Source: Verrucomicrobiota bacterium
GTDB taxonomy: Bacteria; Verrucomicrobiota; Verrucomicrobiia; Methylacidiphilales; Verrucolacustridaceae
Reading direction: 5' to 3'
Length of the DNA stretch: 14,430 nt
NCBI GenBank assembly: GCA_010024525.1
Contig: RGGS01000009.1
Location: 1-14,430 of the forward strand
Part shown: piece after piece, positions 1-9,761 of the stretch
How the letters are laid out: every line of letters starts with the position of its first letter
Position numbering within the stretch: position 1 is the stretch's first letter
Program-made: the position numbers and the translations under genes
Notes under the pieces: generated by a model
Told to the model about the DNA's origin: nothing
What the model saw: only the letters and a program-made list of their open reading frames with translations
The model's database searches: none

Positions 1-239
1 CCACGGCTCTCATAGCGCCCATCTGAATAATTGTTCCAATCTCTCCCCCGTCCGGCTACCCCGCCATAACCATAGTAACCGCCACCACCATAGTATCCAC
101 CGTAGTAGTTGTTGTATCCGTAATAATCCTGATCATTGGCGTCCGCCCAAAGGATGAGAGGGCGCCGTACAGGGACCACGTCTTGGGAAACAGCCTCGGA
201 AACAAGCAAGCCCGCTAAAAGAATGAATAGATTTCGCAT
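1..239 (-). CDS. Secreted Gly/Tyr-rich low-complexity protein, N-terminal part only (gene continues past the left edge)
   Basis: Manual minus-strand translation from ATG at 239..237 gives MRNLFILLAGLLVSEAVSQDVVPVRRPLILWADANDQDYYGYNNYYGGYYGGGGYYGYGGVAGRGRDWNNYSDGRYESR, open to position 1. It has a hydrophobic signal-peptide-like N-terminus followed by G/Y repeats. It is absent from the ORF track because no stop lies in the window. Confidence 0.5.
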   Translation of the reverse strand, partial: MRNLFILLAGLLVSEAVSQDVVPVRRPLILWADANDQDYYGYNNYYGGYYGGGGYYGYGGVAGRGRDWNNYSDGRYESR

Positions 240-319
240 GTGGTTAGCATGGGTCATTTCTGGTCCGCCTCAATTCCTTTTCCATCGCGTCCCGATCATT
301 CACCCGTAACTGAGAGCAT

Positions 320-347
320 TTGACATTGCCTCTATCCAACGTATGGA
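320..347 (+). promoter_or_regulatory. Candidate sigma70-like promoter (TTGACA-N16-TATGGA) ending 6 nt before the ATG at 354
   Basis: TTGACA at 320-325, a 16-nt spacer, then TATGGA at 342-347. The -10 is a poor match (3 of 6). This spacing would make the small ORF at 354 nearly leaderless. Confidence 0.3.
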
Positions 348-353
348 AGAGGT

Positions 354-533
354 ATGAAATACATCCTATTCACACTTGGTTTACTCACCTTGTCTTTAGC
401 CCCCACTTATGCCCATTGCGGCCACTGCGGAACGGAGGACTCTTCCCATTGCTCTGACTCATCCAAGAAAACCGATAAAGACAGCAAATCCAAGAAGACG
501 GACGGAACCGAAAAGACCGGCGAGGTCAAGTAG
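354..533 (+). CDS. Small (59 aa) secreted Cys/His-motif peptide; possible metal-binding protein
   Basis: Manual translation gives MKYILFTLGLLTLSLAPTYAHCGHCGTEDSSHCSDSSKKTDKDSKSKKTDGTEKTGEVK*. It has a typical signal peptide with an A-x-A-like site (TYA|HC), then HCGHCG and SHC motifs and a K/D/S/T-rich tail. It falls below the 60-aa cutoff of the ORF track and ends 14 nt before the next gene. Confidence 0.45.
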   Translation: MKYILFTLGLLTLSLAPTYAHCGHCGTEDSSHCSDSSKKTDKDSKSKKTDGTEKTGEVK

Positions 534-547
534 ACCTCTCCAGCAAC

Positions 548-1045
548 GTGGTTCCCAGCGAAGCAGCCGCTCGGCTCTGCTCGGCCTGCGGGATGTGCTG
601 TGACGGAACTCTCTTTCACTCCGTTCTTCTTCAGCCTGAAGACAACTCCCGTCAATTGGCCTCTCTAGGACTCAAGATCAAGAAAAGGAACGGACGGACG
701 TTCTTTCACCAACCCTGCCCGACTCATCACCAAGGTCAGTGCCGAATCTACCCGGATCGGCCCCGGCGTTGCCGGCAGTTTAACTGCCAGCAGCTCCTCC
801 GCTTGGCAGACGGGAAGACATCGGAAGCTCAGGCCCTCACAACCATTCACGATGCCCGCCGCCTTGCCGACCAAGTCGGGCAACTCATGAATCAAATCGA
901 GGAGACCAACCCCCTTCGCGGCCTCGCAGCCCGCTGTGCCAGCGCGCTGGATGCGGGCCATCGTGGTCCGTTGCACGAACAGCTGGAATCTGCGATGAAA
1001 TCCCTGGAAGCGTTTCTGGAATCTGAATTCCGCGTAAAGTTCTAG
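548..1045 (+). CDS. YkgJ-family cysteine-cluster protein (putative Zn/Fe-chelating domain, PF03692-like)
   Basis: The 165-aa ORF has a GTG start. The N-terminal motif C-x2-C-x2-CC (CSACGMCC) and the C-terminal CP...QCRIYPDRPRRCRQFNC match the CxxCxxCC...C-x-IY-x2-RP-x2-C pattern of this family. The GTG start is needed to include the first Cys motif. Confidence 0.8.
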   Translation: MVPSEAAARLCSACGMCCDGTLFHSVLLQPEDNSRQLASLGLKIKKRNGRTFFHQPCPTHHQGQCRIYPDRPRRCRQFNCQQLLRLADGKTSEAQALTTIHDARRLADQVGQLMNQIEETNPLRGLAARCASALDAGHRGPLHEQLESAMKSLEAFLESEFRVKF

Positions 1046-1056
1046 CCTGGGAGAAT

Positions 1057-2373
1057 CTATCCAGCCTGGGCCAACTGACTCCAGTTCGTGGTGTAGGCTC
1101 TGGACCGCATCCCGCTCTTCATCCTCCACCCTCTCGCCTTCACGGCTTCTCCGGATCCTTCTCCCTTCATCTTTATCTTGCTTACTCCCATACTTCCCCG
1201 AGTGATCACCGGATTCTTTCGGTCGCCCAGTCTCCGGTTGATCCGATCCACAATCCGATCAATATCCACCCGCGGTTCTTTGCGGATCCCCCCGAACTCC
1301 AGCGCGGGCTGAAGACAGCTTTCGTTAACCAATCCTCCCAGCATGACTCCCACTTTCTTGTACCGATACCCCACACGGTAAATCCTCTGTAGCAATTTTC
1401 CGGCAATTCCCATCAGATTGGCCGTGGCTTGAACGGGCTCATCCAGGTCGACCCCCGCTCCAGGGCAGTACTGTGGCTCTCCTTTTCGGAAACGGTTTGT
1501 CTGCAAAAACACATCCACCCGGGTCGCCCACAGGCCAAACCTTCTTACCTTTTCGCTCGCTCGGGCCACATGATTGGCCAGTGCTTCCTCCAACTCCTCC
1601 AACGCCTCCACCGGCGCCCCAAACGATCGGCTGGCCATCACTCCCTTGCGATCCGGCGGCATCTCTTCCAGTTCCAAACACCTTGTCCCATTCATCTCTC
1701 TCAGCATCCTCTCCCCCACCACTCCCAGACTTTTCCGGATCTGTCGCGGCTCTGCCCTCTTAAAATCCAGTGCCGTATTGATTCCTAATCCCGCCAACCG
1801 CCTGGCCAGATTCTTGCCGACCCCCCACAACGCTTCGCACCCCACCTCGGCCATCAGCTTCTCAGCTCCCTCACCTTTTCGGATTTCAAACACGCCCCCT
1901 GTCCTCTCCCGATTCTTCTTGGCATGACGGTTCGCCAACTTGGCCAGCATCTTGGTCTCCCCGATCCCGATGCATACCGGAATTCCCGTCCACCGAAGCA
2001 CCTTCGACCTCAGTTTTCTTGCCTCTTCCAATCCAAAATCCTCCTCCAGTTCCAAAAACGCCTCATCAATTGAATAAACCTCCATCACGCCTACCTCATC
2101 CCGCAGGATCGACATCACCCTCGCAGACATATCCCCATACAGCGTGTAGTTGGAACTGAACACCCTCACCCCATGCTTCCGGATCACCTCCTTCTGCTCA
2201 TGCCAGGGTGCCCCCATCGGAATCCCCAAGGCCTTGGCCTCCTCGCTCCGTGAAATGATGCACCCGTCGTTGTTGGATAGGACCACCACCGGCACCCCGA
2301 TCAGCGACGGATCGAAGACCCGTTCGCACGAGCAGAAGAAGTTATTGCAATCCACCAAGGCCAGTCTGCTCAT
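1057..2373 (-). CDS. umuC: Y-family DNA polymerase V catalytic subunit UmuC
   Basis: From the Met at 2373: [57 protein letters not shown]...[15 protein letters not shown]...YSIDEAF. This aligns residue by residue with the E. coli UmuC N-terminus (MFALCDVNAFYASCETVF...[15 protein letters not shown]...SSNYELYADMSNRVM...YSIDEAF). I prefer the internal ATG (438 aa) over the track start at 2418, which would overlap umuD. Confidence 0.9.
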   Translation of the reverse strand: MSRLALVDCNNFFCSCERVFDPSLIGVPVVVLSNNDGCIISRSEEAKALGIPMGAPWHEQKEVIRKHGVRVFSSNYTLYGDMSARVMSILRDEVGVMEVYSIDEAFLELEEDFGLEEARKLRSKVLRWTGIPVCIGIGETKMLAKLANRHAKKNRERTGGVFEIRKGEGAEKLMAEVGCEALWGVGKNLARRLAGLGINTALDFKRAEPRQIRKSLGVVGERMLREMNGTRCLELEEMPPDRKGVMASRSFGAPVEALEELEEALANHVARASEKVRRFGLWATRVDVFLQTNRFRKGEPQYCPGAGVDLDEPVQATANLMGIAGKLLQRIYRVGYRYKKVGVMLGGLVNESCLQPALEFGGIRKEPRVDIDRIVDRINRRLGDRKNPVITRGSMGVSKIKMKGEGSGEAVKARGWRMKSGMRSRAYTTNWSQLAQAG

Positions 2374-2378
2374 GCGCC

Positions 2379-2807
2379 CTACCTCGCCTGATGAATGACA
2401 AAAGCCACCACGCCCCAAATCACGAGTTCCTGATCCCCGGAAAGCTCGATCCGGGGAAACTTCTCGTTGGCCGCTTCCAGAAAAACCTTTCCTTCAAGCG
2501 TGCGAAACCTCTTCACGGTGAACTCCCCGTCGATCATCGCCACCACGATCCGCCGGTCCGATGGCGTCAACGATCGGTCCACCACCAGGATGTCCCCGGT
2601 ATGGATCCCCGCATCCCGCATCGAATCCCCCTTCACCCGCACGAAAAACGTCGAGGCCGGATTACGGACCAGTTCCTCGTTCAGGTCGATGGATCGCTCC
2701 AGATGGTCGTCAGCCGGCGAAGGAAATCCCGCCTGCACCTTGGCCGAAAAAAGCGGGAGTTTGAGTGATTTCCGTTTGGCGAAAGGAACGGGAGCCTCGA
2801 CTTCCAT
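2379..2807 (-). CDS. umuD: UmuD-like S24 self-cleaving peptidase (polymerase V accessory subunit)
   Basis: The 142-aa product carries [18 protein letters not shown] (E. coli has FPLFSDLVQCGFPSPAAD), GDSM (catalytic Ser) and DGEFTVKR (catalytic Lys). Its stop lies 5 nt upstream of the umuC ATG. Confidence 0.9.
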   Translation of the reverse strand: MEVEAPVPFAKRKSLKLPLFSAKVQAGFPSPADDHLERSIDLNEELVRNPASTFFVRVKGDSMRDAGIHTGDILVVDRSLTPSDRRIVVAMIDGEFTVKRFRTLEGKVFLEAANEKFPRIELSGDQELVIWGVVAFVIHQAR

Positions 2808-2860
2808 GCCTCATCTTGGAACCGCCCGAAGCGGCCGACCAGCCTCATTTGCCCCGACCT

Positions 2861-3142
2861 ATGGACGGGGTACCTTTCCTTATGAACGAGATCATGATGA
2901 CACTGGGATGGGCGCCTTGGTTTGTCCCTCGTGGAGTCGATCTGATCAACAACCTGCCAGCGGTGATTATCACCCTCTGGCTCGGGTTGGTCTTCTCCAC
3001 GATGGTCTACTTTCACGGCAACGTGAAAGACCTGGAGCCCAAACCCGGTTCGGTCACACCGATCCAGAAAACAGCCGCAGGGCTGATGTTTTTGGTCGAT
3101 GCGATCATGCTGGGACTTGCCTTTTACCTGATCCTCCGCTGA
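2861..3142 (+). CDS. Small hypothetical membrane protein (about 93 aa, two predicted TM helices)
   Basis: MDGVPFLMNEIMMTLGWAPWFVPRGVDLINNLPAVIITLWLGLVFSTMVYF...AAGLMFLVDAIMLGLAFYLILR* contains two hydrophobic stretches. I chose the ATG at 2861 (2882 is an alternative) because the track start at 2765 overlaps umuD. No family recognised. Confidence 0.45.
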   Translation: MDGVPFLMNEIMMTLGWAPWFVPRGVDLINNLPAVIITLWLGLVFSTMVYFHGNVKDLEPKPGSVTPIQKTAAGLMFLVDAIMLGLAFYLILR

Positions 3143-3295
3143 ACCGAGCGGTTTTCAGAGAGGGGCCAAAGTCGCCCTCCCCCTGCATTCTTGCATTGAA
3201 TCGTTTTCGCGAAGTCTGACCTCGACACACCATGGCACGGGGTCATTTTCCCTTGTTTTCACCCAGAACCGGACGGATTAGCATGTAACCTCAAG

Positions 3296-4825
3296 ATGAA
3301 GAAATTCCCTGTCGATATCACCGAAAGCGGCATCCGCGCTCTCCTCAACACGCCAGACAGCTATGCCCGTCGTTTTACCGAGACTTCCCTTCGCGCTCTT
3401 CTGGGTCACTCCCAGATCAAGGGCACCCTCACCAACCAGCAGAACGAATTTCCTCCCGTCCCCTGGGATATGGAAAAGCTCCGGGCCAAGGTCCAGGGTG
3501 AAATCTCCAAACATGTGTTTGGTTGGTATGGGGAATCCGAATCCGCCGCCGGAGACAGCACCCGAAAAAATATCGAAGCCTTTTCTAGGTATCGCGTCAC
3601 CCCCCGCTACCTCCGTTCCGATAAATCCTTCGCCTACGCCCAAACTGTGTTTCTTTCGTCCAAGGAACTTGGAGTCACCCGTTTAAACAGTCCCACGCCG
3701 GTGTTTGTCGCCCCTTACGGAGCCGCCAGCCTGTACGGGAAAAAGTCGGATGAGATTTCCTGCGCCCAAGGCGCCACAGATGCCAATGTGGTACACACCC
3801 TCGGCCATCTGACCAAATACTCCCTCGAGAAGATTCGCCGGGCGGTACAGGACAATTCCTACTACTTCAACCCCCGCCTCCGCAGCCCGGGGGGCGCCCC
3901 GCCGTTTTCCATGTTTCAGATTTATCTTACGGATGACGATGACATCAATCGGTCCATCATCGAGCGGGTCAAGCGAACCAACCTTTCCGTCCTTATCCTG
4001 ACCATCGATGCCGGAGCCGGGCACGGCGGCATTCAAATGATGGATGACTATGCCGACTTCACCTACGCCTCCAAAATCGCCGGGAACCTCTTTGCCGACC
4101 CGATGTTCAACTATAAATGCTTCCTGAGGAACCGTTGCGTCGGAAGCCGCACCCCCACGGTGCTGGCCTATGCTTCCCGGCGGTTGCGCATTCCTGTGGC
4201 CAAGTTGGCCGGTAGTTTCGATCTGAAAAAAGCCTTCACTTACGCCCGCGATATTCAGTTCAAGGGGATGGCTAAACAAAATTCGGACAAAAACCCAAAG
4301 TCCAAGATGTATCCTTGGTCGGTGGCCTACCTGAGCCGTTTGGCTCACACCCGGGAAACCATCTCCCCTGCTTACTCTAAAATCATCCACCGTCGCGGCA
4401 TTCCAATGGTGGTGAAAGGCGTCATGAGCGTCGAAGACGCGACGGCTGCACAGCAATCAGGGGCCGACGGAGTTTATGTCAGCAACCACGGGGGCCGTTT
4501 CGTTTTCAATGCCGCCAGTCCGATCGATGTCCTCCGGACCATTCATCAGAAAGTGAAAAAAACGGATCCCCGATTTGGCGTCTGGCTGGACAGCGGGATT
4601 CGTAGCGCCACCGATATCCTAATTGCCTACTCCCAAGGCGCAGAATTCGTCGGAATTGGACGGCCGGTTATTTACTCATGTGTCGACAATGGCCGGGGCG
4701 GAGTCCGACAGGTTCTCCAGTCGATTCTTTACACCCTGCGCGATCAAGCCCGCCTCTGTGGACTCACCTCCCTAAACGAGCTCCACGAAAAACGCGGCCC
4801 ATCCATCGTTCATCGAGAAAGCTAG
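3296..4825 (+). CDS. FMN-dependent 2-hydroxy-acid oxidase/dehydrogenase family protein (glycolate/lactate oxidase, mandelate dehydrogenase family), atypically long
   Basis: The 509-aa product carries family motifs in canonical order: FQIY (aa 207-210), LTID (235-238), VVKGV (372-376), VSNHGGR (395-401, nt 4481-4498 for SNHGGR), and LDSGIRSATDILIAYSQGAEFVGIGRP (431-457). It is roughly 120 aa longer than typical members. Confidence 0.8.
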   Translation: MKKFPVDITESGIRALLNTPDSYARRFTETSLRALLGHSQIKGTLTNQQNEFPPVPWDMEKLRAKVQGEISKHVFGWYGESESAAGDSTRKNIEAFSRYRVTPRYLRSDKSFAYAQTVFLSSKELGVTRLNSPTPVFVAPYGAASLYGKKSDEISCAQGATDANVVHTLGHLTKYSLEKIRRAVQDNSYYFNPRLRSPGGAPPFSMFQIYLTDDDDINRSIIERVKRTNLSVLILTIDAGAGHGGIQMMDDYADFTYASKIAGNLFADPMFNYKCFLRNRCVGSRTPTVLAYASRRLRIPVAKLAGSFDLKKAFTYARDIQFKGMAKQNSDKNPKSKMYPWSVAYLSRLAHTRETISPAYSKIIHRRGIPMVVKGVMSVEDATAAQQSGADGVYVSNHGGRFVFNAASPIDVLRTIHQKVKKTDPRFGVWLDSGIRSATDILIAYSQGAEFVGIGRPVIYSCVDNGRGGVRQVLQSILYTLRDQARLCGLTSLNELHEKRGPSIVHRES

Positions 4826-4900
4826 ACGGACTCAATCGGGGTCAGGCCAGTAAACCCTCATATGATTTGCCAAAGAAAACCCCACCGATAGGGTTGCGGA

Positions 4901-6568
4901 ATGGCTAAAAATCTTACCGTAGTTGAATATGTCATCCGGCGTTTGGCTGAACTTGGAATCGACCGCGCTTTCGGCGTCCCCGGCGATTACTCTTTCCCGA
5001 TTGATGATGCCATTGAAGCTTCAGACAAATTATCTTGGGTCCTTTGCTCGAACGAATTGAACGCCTCCTATGCCGCGGACGGTTACGCTCGTCGCCGCGG
5101 AGCCGCGATCCTCACCACCACGTACGCCGTGGGAGAACTCAGCGCCGTCAACGGCGTGATGGGCGCCAAAGCCCATCGCGTTCCCATTTTTCACATCGTG
5201 GGGGCTCCCAGCACCCGCATCCAGCGTCGCCGCGAGGTGACCCACCACACCCTCGGGGACGGGACGTACAATAATTTCTTCGATCTTTCCGCCGCCACCG
5301 CCTGCGTCAGCGCTCATCTCACCCCGGATAACGTTGTTTCCGAGCTGGAACGGCTCATTCGAGAAGCGTTCCGTCTGAGCCAGCCCGCCTACATGCTGAT
5401 TCCCGAGGATTTCGCCAAAATGCCGATTCACGGAACCCCGGTCAAAGGCACCCGCTTGACTTCCATCTCCCGCGGACGCAGCAACCCAAAGGAACTCCGG
5501 ACTGCGGTCCAAGCCATTGTCAGTCGGATGAAAAAAGCCCGCCGGACAGTGGTTCTCCCCACCTTCCATGTCGGTCGTTACAACGCGAAGGCGGATCTGC
5601 TCTCATTCCTCAAACGCACTCGGCTACCGTTTTCCATGACGCAGATGGATAAAGGGCTCCTTGATGAGTCCCATCCACAATATATCGGCGCTTATGGCGG
5701 AAATTCTTCGTTCCCTGCCTCCGTGGCTTCCACCGTGGAAAACTCCGATCTCCTTCTCAATGTCGGAGGCTTGATCCGGGAAGATTTGAACACCGGACTT
5801 TGGACAGATCGGTTGGAGAAAGTTCCAACGATCACCATCGGACCGGATTATGTGGAGACCGACAGCCAGACTTTCACCAACGTCCAAATGCATGACGTTC
5901 TTCGCGCCCTCGCCCGGGTGGCACCTCAGGCCAAAAGCGTCCGGCGCTCACCACCCAAGCTACTTCCCATGAGTGGCTCAGGCCATGACCCCATCGGTTC
6001 CAACTCGTTCTATCCCCGCTTACAACGTTTCCTGCGCTCAGGGGACACTCTTGTGGCGGAAACCGGCACCTGCTCGCTTCACCTCGGCAAAATATGGTTG
6101 CCCGAGAATGTCGGCTTCGAGTCCCAGCTGCTTTGGGGCTCGATTGGTTGGGCGACCCCCACCACGCTGGGGGTGGCCCTCGCCGAACCCAAGCGGCGGA
6201 CGATTTTGGTCACCGGCGATGGCTCCCACCAGCTTACCGCGACGGAAATCGGGGTCATGGGCCGTTACGGAATTAATCCCATCATCATTTTACTCAACAA
6301 CGGGCTCTACGGCATTGAGGATATCCTCAGCCAAACCGGACATGTCTACGACTCCTTGGCCGGGTGGGATTACCATACCCTACCCGCCGCCATGGGATGT
6401 CGCGACTGGTTCTGTACCCGGGTGGAAACTGTGACCGAACTGGAGTCCGCCCTCGAAACGGCCCGCAACCACTCAGGCGCCAGCTATCTTGAGCTGATAA
6501 TCCCACCAGAAGAGAGTCAGCCCCTACCCAAAAAAACCATTAACCGTATTTACAAAACATACGCCTAG
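4901..6568 (+). CDS. Thiamine-diphosphate-dependent 2-keto-acid decarboxylase, indolepyruvate/phenylpyruvate/pyruvate decarboxylase (IpdC/PDC) family
   Basis: The 555-aa product has GVPGDYSFP, CSNELNASYAADGYARRRG, TTYAVGELSAVNG, HIVGAPS, THHTLGDG and the ThDP motif GDGS-x23-NNGLYGIED. The N-terminal 170 aa align by eye with Enterobacter cloacae IpdC. Substrate cannot be assigned from sequence. Confidence 0.9.
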   Translation: MAKNLTVVEYVIRRLAELGIDRAFGVPGDYSFPIDDAIEASDKLSWVLCSNELNASYAADGYARRRGAAILTTTYAVGELSAVNGVMGAKAHRVPIFHIVGAPSTRIQRRREVTHHTLGDGTYNNFFDLSAATACVSAHLTPDNVVSELERLIREAFRLSQPAYMLIPEDFAKMPIHGTPVKGTRLTSISRGRSNPKELRTAVQAIVSRMKKARRTVVLPTFHVGRYNAKADLLSFLKRTRLPFSMTQMDKGLLDESHPQYIGAYGGNSSFPASVASTVENSDLLLNVGGLIREDLNTGLWTDRLEKVPTITIGPDYVETDSQTFTNVQMHDVLRALARVAPQAKSVRRSPPKLLPMSGSGHDPIGSNSFYPRLQRFLRSGDTLVAETGTCSLHLGKIWLPENVGFESQLLWGSIGWATPTTLGVALAEPKRRTILVTGDGSHQLTATEIGVMGRYGINPIIILLNNGLYGIEDILSQTGHVYDSLAGWDYHTLPAAMGCRDWFCTRVETVTELESALETARNHSGASYLELIIPPEESQPLPKKTINRIYKTYA

Positions 6569-6593
6569 TAAGCACCCGCCACCTTCGGGTTGA

Positions 6594-8864
<2,271 letters not shown>

Positions 8865-9158
8865 GGTCGCCGTTTGATGCTGCCATCCCCAGAGCGGTGA
8901 CTTTCTCGGCAGGAAGGGAAACAGATGTTCGCTCAAGAAACGTTCCGTAAGGAATTGGGGTTCGCAATATGCACAGATCCAATTCGGATGGATCTTACCT
9001 CACAATCCTTGCACTTGGAGAAACCGCGACCTGGGACCTATGGCAAGGTCGAGTGGGACTTCAAAATAAACATAACCTGAACCAACCAGAATTTCGCCTC
9101 TAGCTTAATAGGCCGTGCACCATCCTCGCAGAAGCGAGTACCGTGAAATTGGAAAGGA

Positions 9159-9599
9159 TTAGTGTTCGTTACTCTCCGAACGATATTTCTGGTGGCCCTC
9201 ACGCTGTACTTGATTGATTTGACCCACAAGAGCTTTGGCCTCATCCCACTTGCCTGCTTCGATGGCCTTACCGAGCGAATCAACTTCATCCGCCAACTCA
9301 TCCATCTTGTTCCTGTAACCCTCTAAAAAAGACCCCTTTTGGTCTGCCGGGATATGAGAGGCTTTCTCAGGGTCCAAGGCTTTGGAGGCCTCGGTGGCTG
9401 ATTTTAAATCCGCCACCCACGCGAGGTACTTCTGCTTGTCGGCCTCAACCGGAGCCACCATGGCTTTCTTGAGCTCCCGAAAGCTTTTCCGCATCTGATT
9501 CATCTTCTTTTCCAAAGGACTGTCCGCATGAAGCTCTGGACATAGCGCGCAAAAGAGAAGCAAGGCACAGCTGGACAGAAATTGATAATTCAACTTCAT
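9159..9599 (-). CDS. cybC: Periplasmic/secreted cytochrome b562-family four-helix-bundle protein
   Basis: The 146-aa product has an N-terminal signal peptide (LSSCALLLFCALCPELHA|DSP). The mature N-terminus DSPLEKKMNQMRKSFRELKKA parallels E. coli [20 protein letters not shown] (Met heme ligand). GKWDEAKALVGQINQVQREGHQKYR parallels [25 protein letters not shown] (His heme ligand). Confidence 0.8.
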   Translation of the reverse strand: MKLNYQFLSSCALLLFCALCPELHADSPLEKKMNQMRKSFRELKKAMVAPVEADKQKYLAWVADLKSATEASKALDPEKASHIPADQKGSFLEGYRNKMDELADEVDSLGKAIEAGKWDEAKALVGQINQVQREGHQKYRSESNEH

Positions 9600-9761
9600 A
9601 GGAATGGGTATGCCAAAGATTGGCCCCGTTGACTAGGAGTTATATTTTTTACGAATACGGTCTGAATTCTTCACGATGGATCAAGGATAAGGCACTGGAA
9701 TTCTGCCCCCAGTTGACCAACCCCTTCAACATTTTTGCCCCCCCCGAATATGAAAGACTTA

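Noticed and set aside
665-1129. 154-aa minus-strand ORF, plus the ORFs at 407-655 (-) and 409-603 (+)
   Set aside because: These are antisense to or out of frame with the YkgJ-family gene and the small signal-peptide ORF. The 409-603 frame (Arg/Pro-rich) lacks any feature, whereas the 354-533 frame gives a clean signal peptide.
1429-1927. Cluster of plus-strand ORFs (119, 96 and 117 aa), some very Pro-rich, plus minus-strand ORFs at 1206-1406 and 1439-1681
   Set aside because: All lie inside umuC in alternative frames or in antisense. UmuC homology is continuous across this region.
2374-2418. Upstream extension of umuC ([15 protein letters not shown]) to the ATG at 2418
   Set aside because: It would overlap umuD by 40 nt. 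UmuC homologues begin with M-x-x-L-x-D-x-N-x-F-Y/F, which matches the ATG at 2373.
2467-3219. 250-aa plus-strand ORF spanning umuD and the downstream intergenic region
   Set aside because: It overlaps umuD in antisense and the small membrane-protein frame. It is Arg/Ser/Pro-rich with no motifs. The umuD assignment is secure.
3683-4456. 257-aa minus-strand ORF (also 3278-3643 and 3406-3600)
   Set aside because: These are antisense to the FMN-dependent oxidase-like gene, whose motifs occur in the correct order on the plus strand. No recognisable domains.
5030-6434. Several ORFs of 60-180 aa in other frames within the decarboxylase gene (5030-5569 minus, 5624-5893 minus, 5973-6434 plus, and others)
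   Set aside because: They lie inside a gene with end-to-end IpdC/PDC-family similarity. Their compositions are typical of off-frame GC-rich translation.
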